A stretch of 64,000 bases of DNA, taken from positions 5,786-69,785 of the forward strand of contig JAJZDN010000006.1 of NCBI GenBank assembly GCA_021805985.1. The letters are read 5' to 3'. Below are positions 49,944-59,790 of this stretch, piece after piece. The notes below the pieces were generated by a model, which saw nothing but the letters and a program-made list of their open reading frames with translations, had not been told where the DNA came from and made no database searches. Source of the stretch: Planctomycetota bacterium. Lineage in GTDB: Bacteria > Planctomycetota > Phycisphaerae > WQYP01. Position numbers and translations under genes: made by a program. The stretch's first letter is position 1. Each line of letters begins with the position of its first letter.

Positions 49944-50803
49944 TAAGTCCTGGCAGTATGAATATGTTCATAGATCGCAACCATCCTGTCCTTGTACCCG
50001 AAGCCTCGGCCGCCGATGCGGTCCTGACTGCAACGGACGTGTATTTTCAGTACGCTTCCAGCCAACCCGCGGTCGATGGCGTGACTGTCCCTTTTTATGC
50101 CGGCGAGGTGAGTATGATTGTCGGACCCAATGGCTCCGGAAAATCCACGCTGCTGCAACTGTTGTCGGGCCATCTTACGCCGTCAGAGGGGACTGTCACA
50201 GCACAAGGTGAAAATATTACACACCTGCATCCCCTCAAGCGTGCCAGCCTCATATCTTATGTTCCGCAAGCACCTCAGGTAAGCTTTGCCTATCGGGTGC
50301 AGGACATTGTTGCCATGGGTTCCTGGGCGCAGCAGCGGCGCTGGGGTGCCGAGGAAAAAGTACCCGAAGATAAACCGGGCGTGGATCGGGTAGTTCAGGC
50401 CATGTGGGATCTGGATATTCACGCCCTGGCCCAGCGCACCTACGACGAGCTTTCAGCCGGGGAACGCCAGCGCGTGGCCATCGCCCGGGCCTTGGTTCAG
50501 GATTCACCGATTATGCTGCTGGATGAACCCACGGCGGCACTGGATATCTGGCATCAGTTGGAACTGCTGCATCACCTCAAATCGCTGGTGCAAGTCCGGC
50601 GTAAAGCGGTTATTTGGGTCACGCATGATTTAAACCACGCCCGCGCTCATGCCGATCGCGTCTTAATTATGGATGCGGGGAAATTAGCCGCCCATGGCCA
50701 AGCCGATCAGGTGCTGACCCCGAAAATACTTGAGCCAATTTATCGCGTGCATGTCACGGTGCGAGATGGAAATCTTGTGTTTTCGCGCTCTGCGGCTCCT
50801 TGA
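49934..50803 (+). CDS. ABC transporter ATP-binding protein (BtuD/FecE-like)
   Basis: Walker A GPNGSGKST. Signature LSAGERQRV. Walker B LLDEPTAALD. Start overlaps the permease stop. Confidence 0.85.
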   Translation: MDVISPGSMNMFIDRNHPVLVPEASAADAVLTATDVYFQYASSQPAVDGVTVPFYAGEVSMIVGPNGSGKSTLLQLLSGHLTPSEGTVTAQGENITHLHPLKRASLISYVPQAPQVSFAYRVQDIVAMGSWAQQRRWGAEEKVPEDKPGVDRVVQAMWDLDIHALAQRTYDELSAGERQRVAIARALVQDSPIMLLDEPTAALDIWHQLELLHHLKSLVQVRRKAVIWVTHDLNHARAHADRVLIMDAGKLAAHGQADQVLTPKILEPIYRVHVTVRDGNLVFSRSAAP

Positions 50804-50932
50804 ATATATTTATCTGGCCTTTTCCCTGGCTTTTTCTCAACTTGAGGAGTCATTTAAGCCGTTGTAGATACTATGAATGTGTCGATACGGGACTGTGCCC
50901 GATAATCGGCGCTCCGAGGTGTTGATCTGAAA

Positions 50933-52291
50933 ATGGCTGTTATTGTTGATCAAAATCAAAAATTGCTCACGGCGTGCGGAACATTCGCCAATGTGTCTCG
51001 GGCGCGCTGGATTAAGGCGATAAGCGGGGCGTTGGATCTGGCGGAGGGCCTGCCGCCCGGCCATAGCCGCAGGGCCTGCTGGATTGCCATGCAAATTGCC
51101 GACCGCATGGCGCTTGGATCCGCAGACTTAGCCAATGTGTACTACGCCATGCTGCTTAAAGACATCGGCTGCACCAGCAATGCGGCACGGTTGTTTGAAA
51201 TTTACGGCGCTGATGATTTACAACTCAAATCTGATTTCCGCCGGGTCGATACACAAGATGTCCTGCAGCTTTTTCGTTATGTTGCCAGTCATGTCACACC
51301 CTTCGCGCCGGTACGGCGACGGCTGGCCCGGTTGATCTGGATTGTCCGCCATGGCAGAGCTTTGCAGCGAGAATTAATTGTTGGCCGCTGTGAACGCGGG
51401 GCGGAACTTGTGCGGCGTATGGGTTTGCCAGCCGCCGTCGCACAGGCTATTAGCTCGCTGGATGAGCATTGGAACGGTCGCGGCTACCCCAACCACCTCG
51501 CCGCGGCCCAGATTCCCATATTAAGCCGCATTGCCTTGGCGGCGCAGATTGCGGAGGTGTTTTACGCCTCTGGAGGACCCGCGCTGGCCACGCGGCAATT
51601 GTGCAATCGCAGCGGTAAAACGCTGGATCCCATTGTGGTGCGCGCATTCGTGTCCGTATCGGCGGACCGAGAATTCTGGAGTAACCTGGCAAATCCCCAT
51701 TTGCCGGAATTGCTGGACGACTTATTTCCGGCCGGGCATGATCTCCCGATGACGAAGACCGAAGTCAACAATTCCATCGAAGTGTTGGCCGATGTTGTGG
51801 ACGCGAAAAGCCCGTCCTTGGAGGGCCACAGCCGCCGCGTGGCCCAGATGGCGCAGGTTATGGCTCAACACCTTAATGTGCCCGCGCTTAGCAGCCTTGA
51901 AATCTATCACGCCGCGCTACTACATGATATTGGCAAACTTGGCGTCAGCAATGCTGTTTTGGACAAACCGCAGCCATGGAGTGCGTCAGATAGTGCCGCC
52001 TATCACCGCCATGTCGCATTATCGGTGGAAATTATCGCCTCCTTCCCCACGCTGGAAGCACTTGTGCCCATCGTAGCCATGCATCATGAACGCCTTGATG
52101 GCACAGGCTTTCCTCACCGGCCTGCGGCCAGCGATATACCTCTTGGCTCCAGAATCATCGCAGTGGCCGATGCTTTTGATCATCTTTGCCGCCGTCATCC
52201 GCAGACATCGGGTTCACAAATCGCCGCGCTACTGGCAAAAGACGCCGGGGTAGATCAAGCGGTAGTCTCGGCGCTGGCCAATGCGTCATAA
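50933..52291 (+). CDS. tandem HD-GYP domain protein (cyclic-di-GMP phosphodiesterase-like)
   Basis: Two HD modules: MLLKDIGC ... DEHWNGRGYP, and ALLHDIGK ... HHERLDGTGFP (GYP to GFP variant). Confidence 0.65.
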   Translation: MAVIVDQNQKLLTACGTFANVSRARWIKAISGALDLAEGLPPGHSRRACWIAMQIADRMALGSADLANVYYAMLLKDIGCTSNAARLFEIYGADDLQLKSDFRRVDTQDVLQLFRYVASHVTPFAPVRRRLARLIWIVRHGRALQRELIVGRCERGAELVRRMGLPAAVAQAISSLDEHWNGRGYPNHLAAAQIPILSRIALAAQIAEVFYASGGPALATRQLCNRSGKTLDPIVVRAFVSVSADREFWSNLANPHLPELLDDLFPAGHDLPMTKTEVNNSIEVLADVVDAKSPSLEGHSRRVAQMAQVMAQHLNVPALSSLEIYHAALLHDIGKLGVSNAVLDKPQPWSASDSAAYHRHVALSVEIIASFPTLEALVPIVAMHHERLDGTGFPHRPAASDIPLGSRIIAVADAFDHLCRRHPQTSGSQIAALLAKDAGVDQAVVSALANAS

Positions 52292-52394
52292 TCCACTGAC
52301 CCAATCGGTTTAATTACCTGTTATCGCTGTCATAGCGCCCCCCTGCGTCTCACCTCACATTTAGCCGATACAATAGATAGAGGACAGGCCTGAT

Positions 52395-53804
52395 ATGGGC
52401 TGGAGGTTGGTTATGGCCACATTAATTGCGGATGAGCTGGCATCGGATCCACGGGTGCTTCAGGCCAGGGAACTTTTGACGGCCGCCCTGCGCGATCATC
52501 AGAGTAAGCTTACCGGTATACGGGGGCCTGATCCGGCACGCGCGGCTGAATATGCCAAAATCATTGCCGATTTTTCCCAGGCCCGCGCCGGAGGACTTTA
52601 TTTCCCGTATCTGGGCAGCGGCCTGGGGAACGGGGCACTGGTGGAACTGGCGGACGGAAGCGTTAAGTATGATTTCATCAGCGGCATCGGCGTGCATTAT
52701 CTGGGCCACAGCCATCCACTGCTGTTAAACAGCGGCATTTCCGCGGCACTTTCCGATACCGTCATGCAGGGCAACCTCCAGCAGAACCGTAACTCCACGC
52801 CCATTGTCGCGCTGCTATTGCAGATGGTCAAAACCGCCGGGGCAAGGCTGGAACATTGTTTTCTTACCACCAGCGGGGCGATGGCCAATGAGAACGCGCT
52901 GAAGCTCATGTTTCAGCGCAAGCCCGGTGCCGCACGCATGTTGGCCTTTGAGCACGGCTTTTGCGGCCGCACGCTGGCGTTGTCCCAGATTACCGATAAG
53001 CCTCAGTATCGCGCCGGCCTGCCCTCCATCTTGCCGGTTGATTATATCCCCTTTTTCGACGCCTCCGATCCAAAAGGCAGCACCGAAAAAGCGGTTTTGG
53101 CGTTGCGCACTTATTTGCATCGATATCCGGGGCAACATGCGGGAATGTGTATTGAGTTGATCTTAGGGGAAGGTGGATATTGGCTGGGCGATCATGATTT
53201 TTTTCGCCTGATATTAACTGAACTCAAAGCCCACCAGATCGCCGTCTGGTTCGATGAAATTCAGACGTTCGGGCGGACCAGTCGGCCGTTCGCCTTTGAA
53301 CATTATGATCTTGCCCAATGGGCTGATGTGGTCACCGTGGGAAAACTCACACAGCTTTGCGCCACGCTGCTTACGCCGGAATTTAAGCCGCAGCCCGGCC
53401 TGTTGAGCCAAACTTTCACCGCCTCAGCATCCGCCATTGCTGCCGCTGAAGTCATCTTGAAAATGATGATTCAAGGCGATCTCTTCGGCCCCGGCGGACG
53501 CAACATGCAGGTGCATGCAATGATAACACAACGTCTGGAAGCAATTGCGGCTCGCCATCCATACCTGCTGCGTGGGCCTTATGGCTTGGGCGGCATGATC
53601 GCCTTTACGCCGCTGGACGGCTCAGAAGCAAAGGTGAAAATTCTGCTCAAGGCGCTGTTTGATGCGGGGGTCATCGCCTTTTATGCCGGTAGCAATCCCG
53701 CACGCATCCGGATGTTGCCGCCGGTGCCAGTTGTGACACAACGGGATATTGACATCGTTTGCGACATTGTGGAATCAACGCTCGTGGCATGTGCCGACAT
53801 CTAA
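52395..53804 (+). CDS. class III (ornithine/succinylornithine-type) aminotransferase
   Basis: TTSGAMANENALKL, FDEIQTFGRT and VVTVGK (PLP lysine) are class-III motifs. Sits next to astA/astD-like genes. Confidence 0.65.
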   Translation: MGWRLVMATLIADELASDPRVLQARELLTAALRDHQSKLTGIRGPDPARAAEYAKIIADFSQARAGGLYFPYLGSGLGNGALVELADGSVKYDFISGIGVHYLGHSHPLLLNSGISAALSDTVMQGNLQQNRNSTPIVALLLQMVKTAGARLEHCFLTTSGAMANENALKLMFQRKPGAARMLAFEHGFCGRTLALSQITDKPQYRAGLPSILPVDYIPFFDASDPKGSTEKAVLALRTYLHRYPGQHAGMCIELILGEGGYWLGDHDFFRLILTELKAHQIAVWFDEIQTFGRTSRPFAFEHYDLAQWADVVTVGKLTQLCATLLTPEFKPQPGLLSQTFTASASAIAAAEVILKMMIQGDLFGPGGRNMQVHAMITQRLEAIAARHPYLLRGPYGLGGMIAFTPLDGSEAKVKILLKALFDAGVIAFYAGSNPARIRMLPPVPVVTQRDIDIVCDIVESTLVACADI

Positions 53805-53816
53805 TGGAGTCTGCTT

Positions 53817-54845
53817 ATGGTTTTTATCCGTCCGATTTGTGCCGCTGATCTGGATGCCCTTTTTGATTTAGCGGGCCAGACTGGTTATGGCATGACCACC
53901 CTTCCACCGGACCGTGCGGTGCTCCAGCGTCGCATTGAGGAAAGCGAACTGGCCTTCAGCCTGAAATCGGAAAAACCTCGCGGCGAAACGTATTTGTTTG
54001 TGCTGGAAGACACGGCAACCGGCAAAGCGGTGGGCGTGTGCGGCATTGTTTCCAAGGTGGGTGGATTTGATCCATTTTACAGTTACCGTATCCGGGAACA
54101 ACGCCATTACAGCACCATGCTCAAGGTGGACAAAAATATCCCGCTTCTGGAATTAACAGTCAGCTATGACGGCCCGGCAATTGTCGGCAGTCTTTTTCTC
54201 CTGCCGCAATTTCGGAAAAACGGCAACGGCCGATTATTATCCCTGGTGCGTTTTGTTTTCATGGCTCAGTTTCCGCGACGCTTCGACTCCCACGTCATTG
54301 CGGAAATGCGCGGCATTATTGATGCTCAGGGCCGATCCGCGTTTTGGGATGCTGTGGGCCGGCACTTTTTTGACCTCGATTTCCCCCAGGCGGATTATCT
54401 GACGATGGCGGATAAGGAATTTATCGCCAATTTAATGCCCAAGTATCCGTTATATATTCCGTTGCTGCCGGTCGCCGCCCAGCAGGTCATTGGCAAGGTG
54501 CATCCGGATACGCAGCCGGCGTTGAAGATTCTGACAGATGAGGGCTTCACCTTTGAAAAACTTGTCGATATTTTTGAAGCCGGTGCGGTATATGGATGCG
54601 ACGTAATAAATGTTCGGGCCGTGCGCGAAAGCCGACAGGCGATATACGTCGGCCCGGCTTCCTTGGCGCAGGCACCGGAGGATTATCTGATATCCAATGA
54701 CCGCATGGCGTTTCGGGCGTGCAAAGCGGCGGTTCAACGCGTGGATGACCAAGCCATTAATTTGGATGCCGATGTGGCAAAACAATTAGACATTGCGCCT
54801 GGGGACACGGTGCGCTATGTAGCCATGCGGGCGGGTGCGAAATGA
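53817..54845 (+). CDS. astA: arginine N-succinyltransferase
   Basis: N-terminal (M/V)FIRPI..DLDAL..LA..TG.GMT.LP... is typical AstA. About 340 aa. Confidence 0.75.
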   Translation: MVFIRPICAADLDALFDLAGQTGYGMTTLPPDRAVLQRRIEESELAFSLKSEKPRGETYLFVLEDTATGKAVGVCGIVSKVGGFDPFYSYRIREQRHYSTMLKVDKNIPLLELTVSYDGPAIVGSLFLLPQFRKNGNGRLLSLVRFVFMAQFPRRFDSHVIAEMRGIIDAQGRSAFWDAVGRHFFDLDFPQADYLTMADKEFIANLMPKYPLYIPLLPVAAQQVIGKVHPDTQPALKILTDEGFTFEKLVDIFEAGAVYGCDVINVRAVRESRQAIYVGPASLAQAPEDYLISNDRMAFRACKAAVQRVDDQAINLDADVAKQLDIAPGDTVRYVAMRAGAK

Positions 54846-56308
54846 ATATACCTGTTCATCACGGCAAGTTACTGATCGGTTCACAGACCCCGACCGGCGA
54901 TGGCGCAGCGATGGCGTCGCACTGCCCCTGGGATAATACGCCGCTGTGGCAAGGAGCGGCAGCTTCCGTTGAACAAGTGAATCAGGCTGTGGCGGCGGCC
55001 CGCGCGGCGCTGCCGCAATGGCTCTATGCCGATAGAGTAAAATGTGCGGAGGCTTTTGTAGCACTGTTGAAAAACCAGGCTCAAGACTTCGCGCGCGTCA
55101 TGGCATTAGAAACGGGCCGCCCCTTATGGGAAACGCGCACCGAGGTTGCCGCCATGGTCGCCAAACTGGATCACAGCCTGGCCGCGCAGGCGGCGCGGCG
55201 GGCGGAAACCCACGTGCCCACGGGCGATGCGATGGCGATCACGCACTTTAAGCCGCACGGCGTGGCGGCGGTTTTCGGGCCTTTTAATATGCCAGGCCAT
55301 TTGCCCAACGGACATATTATTCCCGCCCTGCTGGCGGGCAATACCATTGTCTTCAAGCCCAGCGAGAAAACGCCGTATTCTGGCGAATTCATGTGTCAGC
55401 TTTGGCGGCAATCCGGATTACCGGTTGGCGTACTTAACCTGGTGCAAGGGCCGGCCGCAGTGGGCGAGGCGCTGGCCAGCAACCCTGATCTGGATGCCAT
55501 TTTCTTCACGGGTTCTGTAACCGCCGGGCAAGCCCTGCAGCGCCTGCAACTGCAATATCCGCACCGCATGTTGGCTTTGGAAATGGGCGGTAATAATCCG
55601 CTGGTGATTTTCAACTGCGCGGATTATCGGGGGGCCGCATATACTGCTCTGACTTCCGCCTTTCTTACCGCCGGCCAGCGCTGCACTTGTGCCCGCCGCC
55701 TGATTGTCGGCCCGTCAGATCAGTCGGTGATTGCAGAGCTTGTCACCATGATTCAGTCCATGCGCATCGCCGGTCCGTTAGATACGCCCGAACCGTTTAT
55801 GGGGGCGCTGATCTCTTCGGATGCCGCCGCCGCAGTGCTCGCAGCACAAGACCAACTGCTGGCCATGGGCGGAAAAATAGTTTTGCCGGCTTCACCTGTT
55901 GCCGGCCATCAGGCGGCTATTACACCCGGCGTTATTGATATGACCGGTGTCCCCAACCCACCTGATGCAGAAATCTTCGGCCCTTTGCTGCAAGTGATTC
56001 GCGTGCGGGATTTTGATGCGGCGATTAAAGAAGCCAACAAAACCCGCTTCGGTCTGTCGGCTGCGTTATTAAGTGATCAAAGAGAATTGTTTCAGCAGTT
56101 TTATCACCACGTCCGCGCGGGCGTCATCAACTGGAACCGCCCCACCAACGGGGCCAGCAGTTCCCTGCCATTTGGCGGCATAGGCCTAAGCGGCAACCAC
56201 CGCCCCAGCGGTGCCTGGGCCGCTGATTACTGTTCCTACCCCGTCGCCACCATGGAAACCGAAAAACTCACACCACCCCAAAAGCCCCCACCCGGTTTGT
56301 CGCTTTAG
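54842..56308 (+). CDS. astD: succinylglutamate-semialdehyde dehydrogenase (aldehyde dehydrogenase family)
   Basis: ALDH fold with LEMGGNNP (catalytic Glu region) and a GQRCTC-type catalytic Cys motif. Overlaps the astA stop by 4 nt. Confidence 0.75.
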   Translation: MNIPVHHGKLLIGSQTPTGDGAAMASHCPWDNTPLWQGAAASVEQVNQAVAAARAALPQWLYADRVKCAEAFVALLKNQAQDFARVMALETGRPLWETRTEVAAMVAKLDHSLAAQAARRAETHVPTGDAMAITHFKPHGVAAVFGPFNMPGHLPNGHIIPALLAGNTIVFKPSEKTPYSGEFMCQLWRQSGLPVGVLNLVQGPAAVGEALASNPDLDAIFFTGSVTAGQALQRLQLQYPHRMLALEMGGNNPLVIFNCADYRGAAYTALTSAFLTAGQRCTCARRLIVGPSDQSVIAELVTMIQSMRIAGPLDTPEPFMGALISSDAAAAVLAAQDQLLAMGGKIVLPASPVAGHQAAITPGVIDMTGVPNPPDAEIFGPLLQVIRVRDFDAAIKEANKTRFGLSAALLSDQRELFQQFYHHVRAGVINWNRPTNGASSSLPFGGIGLSGNHRPSGAWAADYCSYPVATMETEKLTPPQKPPPGLSL

Positions 56309-56467
56309 CCCATTGCGACAACGCTACCAGCTAAGCACCTCTGTCAGCGCTTGGTCCGGAATGGCTTGTGGTAGTTTTTTGCGCGTCGTGCGCGGCCTAT
56401 CCAATGGGCGGGAAATTCGTGGCCTGTAATCTGCGTTGCGATCCCAGTATACTTACGGGTTACGCCG

Positions 56468-57412
56468 ATGGGTGGAATAGGGCGGCGGTGCCCGACACTG
56501 CGGGTAATGCGGCATTTTTGGTTCTGGGAAATGGTTATGTCAGCTCCGGTACATCCGTATGGTGATTATGGCGTGGCTTTACGCACGCTGCGATCGGGAC
56601 GCAATTTTCTCGGTTATGTCCTTTTTTTTAGTGTGATGCTGCAGGTGGTGGGATTTATCCTCATGCGATTTACTACGCAGCCGTACCGGGCGGGCAATCC
56701 GGTAATTGTGGTGCACCATGCCTCATCAAATCACCGCGCAGCTTTGTTCCAATGGCACCGGCAACCGGTCATGCGGGCCGGCTTACCGGAAAGCCTCGAA
56801 AGTTTTCCCACAGCCCAGGCGGGTGGACAAAGCATTGAAAATTATCAATCCGACCGTATGGTTCTGGGAGAAAAGGCCGGCCGGCGGTTGAATCTGCGGC
56901 GGCAGTGGCGTGAAAGTTATTATCTTATTGCGCCGATTGCCCAGTTGCTGGGTTTATTAGCGTCCGGGTCGCAGGCCATTATTATTTTTGTCACGCTCCT
57001 GGTCATTCTGGTAGCGCAGGCCCCAGGCGTGGCAAATATGACACGAAGTTTGATCTGGTCGGTTATTTTACTGTTTATGGTTTTTCCCTGGCAATATGTG
57101 TTGCCGGGCTTCCCGATTCCCGGCGTGCTCTATGGCTGGCATGAATTACACAGCACGCTGGCCCTGGCATTTTTGCCGCCGCCGGGACATGGTATTTCGT
57201 TTGATCAGCGCATTTTAATTGTCGGCAGATATGTGTTGTGGCCGGTACTGGCGCTGGTGGTGATGCTGGTAACCGCGGAGCGGTTTCGCGCCGGCGTCCG
57301 GCTGGCCATCGGCCACCCGTTGCAAAGCATGATGCTGGCAGACAATCGGGGCACCGCGGGTTCGCCCCCGCGATCGCCGGCGGGACCCGGCGTGCCGGGC
57401 ACCAAGAGCTGA
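56468..57412 (+). CDS. hypothetical membrane protein
   Basis: Several hydrophobic helices. The start is probably the internal Met (MSAPVHPY...). Confidence 0.4.
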   Translation: MGGIGRRCPTLRVMRHFWFWEMVMSAPVHPYGDYGVALRTLRSGRNFLGYVLFFSVMLQVVGFILMRFTTQPYRAGNPVIVVHHASSNHRAALFQWHRQPVMRAGLPESLESFPTAQAGGQSIENYQSDRMVLGEKAGRRLNLRRQWRESYYLIAPIAQLLGLLASGSQAIIIFVTLLVILVAQAPGVANMTRSLIWSVILLFMVFPWQYVLPGFPIPGVLYGWHELHSTLALAFLPPPGHGISFDQRILIVGRYVLWPVLALVVMLVTAERFRAGVRLAIGHPLQSMMLADNRGTAGSPPRSPAGPGVPGTKS

Positions 57413-57463
57413 CCGGCTCGGAAATCGTGCAACCAACCGCGCTTTGCCCTATACTTTTCGCCC

Positions 57464-58489
57464 ATGAGATGGTTGATGAAACATCGCCTGTATACGCCCC
57501 TGCTGATCCAACGGAGGACCGTTGCGCTTGCGGTGCTGCTGTTATTGCTTCCGGCCCTCGGCCAGCGGTGCCGTGCCGTAGTGATTCTGCCCCGGCCGAC
57601 TGCTTCCTGGCTGTTGCAGAACGGGGTATGGGTGCCGCTGGTAGCGCCAGATCCCAAGACTCCGCCGGGGCAGGTGGCGGAAATGATTCACGAATTAAAT
57701 TCCGGGCACCCCCAACGAATTCCCAAGCTGGCCCGGCGGTGGATCAAAGCCAACAAAAGCAATCCGCTGGCTCCGGAAGTTTTGCTGCTGCGGGGCGATG
57801 CGTACAACGCCATGGGAGCTAAATACACCGCCCTGTTTGCGTATGAAGATTTGCTGGATAACTATCCCACCAGCCCGCTTTTCGGCCCATGCCTGCGGCG
57901 GGAATATAATATCGCCTGCGCGTTTCTTCGCGGATACAAACGGAAATTTCTGGGCATGCGTATTCTCCCGGTTACTGGGGACGCTTTGGAACTTTTACGC
58001 CGCATACAAGATCGGCAGCGCGGCTCCCCACTGGCAGAGCTTGCGGGTATTCGTGTTGCCGATTATTACTACAGCGATTCACGTTTTAACAGAGCGTTTC
58101 AATCCTATCAGGATTTCCTGCGACGGTATCCGTACAGCCAGTTCGTGGTCAAAGCGACCTTGATGGAAGTGCAGTGTCTGCTGGCCACTTTTCGGGGCGT
58201 AAGATTTGACCTCACGCCTCTGCGAAATGCCGATGCGCAGCTTGAAACACTCACGCAGGAATACCCGCACTTTGCACAATTGCTGCAAGTGAAGGCTTTG
58301 GAAGAACGCATTTATCAGGTTGAAGGCCATAAGGAACTGGAAATTGCCCGGTTTTATATTCGCTTCAGCAAGCCGGCGGCCGCCCGATATTATTACAATC
58401 GGGTTATAAATGATTGGCCGGATACGCAATGGGCAAAAATTGCCAAAAAGGAACTCGTGGAGCATTTTGGGGCGGAGGCGATCAAGTGA
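57464..58489 (+). CDS. TPR-like lipoprotein, BamD/YfiO-like
   Basis: Signal peptide. TPR-like helical repeats with Tyr-rich helices (YYYSDSRFNRAFQSYQDFLRRYP..., ARYYYNRVINDWPDT). Confidence 0.45.
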   Translation: MRWLMKHRLYTPLLIQRRTVALAVLLLLLPALGQRCRAVVILPRPTASWLLQNGVWVPLVAPDPKTPPGQVAEMIHELNSGHPQRIPKLARRWIKANKSNPLAPEVLLLRGDAYNAMGAKYTALFAYEDLLDNYPTSPLFGPCLRREYNIACAFLRGYKRKFLGMRILPVTGDALELLRRIQDRQRGSPLAELAGIRVADYYYSDSRFNRAFQSYQDFLRRYPYSQFVVKATLMEVQCLLATFRGVRFDLTPLRNADAQLETLTQEYPHFAQLLQVKALEERIYQVEGHKELEIARFYIRFSKPAAARYYYNRVINDWPDTQWAKIAKKELVEHFGAEAIK

Positions 58490-59013
58490 CTATCGCGCGG
58501 AATATTTTGCGAAACGGGCGAGGCATTGGGGGCGTGCTGGTGTTACTGCTTATGCTGGTGCTGCCGGCGGGGTGTGGATATACCATGAAGTCCATTTATC
58601 CGGCGGGCATTCATACCATTGCGGTGCCAATTTGGAAAAACAACACATTTCGCCGGGGCTTGGAATTCAACCTGACGGAAGCGATTGATAAAAATATTGA
58701 ATCCCGCACGCCCTATCGGTTGGCACCGATAAATCAGGCGGATACGGAATTAACCGGCACCATCGTGAGCGTGAGTGAAGGCGTGTTAAGCAACAGCTTT
58801 CAAACCAATTTGCCGCAGGAAACACAAATTACTCTGGTGGTAGATTTTACTTGGCGGAATCTGCATAGTGGAACCGTGCTATCACGGCGGGTTAATTTCG
58901 CCGCTTCCAGCACAGAGATTCCGCAAATCGGCCAGCAACTGCCGGACGCTGAACAGATGGCAGTCGAACGCATGGCCAAGGCGGTCGTCAATCAAATGCA
59001 GAAATCGTGGTAA
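58486..59013 (+). CDS. lipoprotein, LptE-like
   Basis: GTG start overlapping the previous stop. Lipobox LPAGC. About 175 aa. Immediately downstream of the BamD-like gene. Confidence 0.4.
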   Translation: MTIARNILRNGRGIGGVLVLLLMLVLPAGCGYTMKSIYPAGIHTIAVPIWKNNTFRRGLEFNLTEAIDKNIESRTPYRLAPINQADTELTGTIVSVSEGVLSNSFQTNLPQETQITLVVDFTWRNLHSGTVLSRRVNFAASSTEIPQIGQQLPDAEQMAVERMAKAVVNQMQKSW

Positions 59014-59083
59014 AATTAGCGGGTGTAACCCGGCCTCGGCGGTAATTTATACTGTGCAGTGATATCCAAGCGCGAGCCGCATA

Positions 59084-59113
59084 GAAAATAAAAAAGGCCC
59101 GTTTTACCGGGCC
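59084..59113 (-). terminator. rho-independent terminator (minus strand)
   Basis: Minus-strand GGCCCGGTAAAACGGGCC followed by TTTTTTATTTTC. Confidence 0.6.
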
Positions 59114-59170
59114 TGAGAGATTGGGGAAGTCTTAAGAGAAATTAGCAAAGCCGGGCGAAACGCCGCAGGC

Positions 59171-59239
59171 TTACTTTTTCTTCTTGTCCTTCTTGGGTTT
59201 TTTGACTTCCTTCTTCTGACTGTTGTTGCCCTTGGCCAT
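59171..59239 (-). CDS. 22-codon lysine-rich micro-ORF (MAKGNNSQKKEVKKPKKDKKKK)
   Basis: ATG preceded by AGGAG at optimal 8-nt spacing. A minus-strand terminator lies ~60 nt downstream. Same frame as the ORF-track 73-aa ORF, but that upstream extension lacks an RBS. Confidence 0.3.
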   Translation of the reverse strand: MAKGNNSQKKEVKKPKKDKKKK

Positions 59240-59561
59240 AACATGACTCCTAATAAGGGACTGAAAAAACAAATACATCGCCACGCGACGATGTATATAT
59301 GCGACACCGAAGAGTAAACCAGAAATAATAGTAACGTATCGGCGGATAAACGCCAGCGAAAAATAATTGAAAAATTGCGGCGTACCGGTCACGCACAGCG
59401 TGAACTGGCAAATCTGGCGGGTTGCATTAAAAGCATAAAACCGGCATAATAAGTATCTCGGTGAATGGAGACCTGTTGGAATTCATACGCCGAGGCACGC
59501 AACCAACCACGAGAAATCGGGTTGGCAGCGGTGCGAAAATAAAATGCGATTAGAAATTGAT

Positions 59562-59635
<74 letters not shown>

Positions 59636-59643
59636 ATAAAAAA

Positions 59644-59668
59644 AGCCGGCTAAACGCCGGCTTTTTTT
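59644..59668 (+). terminator. rho-independent terminator after the tRNA
   Basis: AGCCGGC-TAAAC-GCCGGCT hairpin followed by TTTTTTT. A-run upstream. Confidence 0.65.
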
Positions 59669-59790
59669 ATTAGCAGATCAGGCGAATTTAGAGAGGTGAG
59701 CAGTAGAGCCAATAAGGATGGAGCCTAAGAGGGACTATCGCCCAAGCCATTGCCGCTCCTGTGGCCTTCTTTACCATCCACCCTTGTAAG

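Noticed and set aside
59104-59392. ORF-track 67-aa and 73-aa minus-strand ORFs covering the micro-ORF region
   Set aside because: Their N-terminal parts are AT-rich read-through with no RBS. The SD sits 2 nt from the ATG of the 67-aa frame, which is too close, and at optimal spacing for the internal 22-codon K-rich ORF, which I report instead at low confidence.
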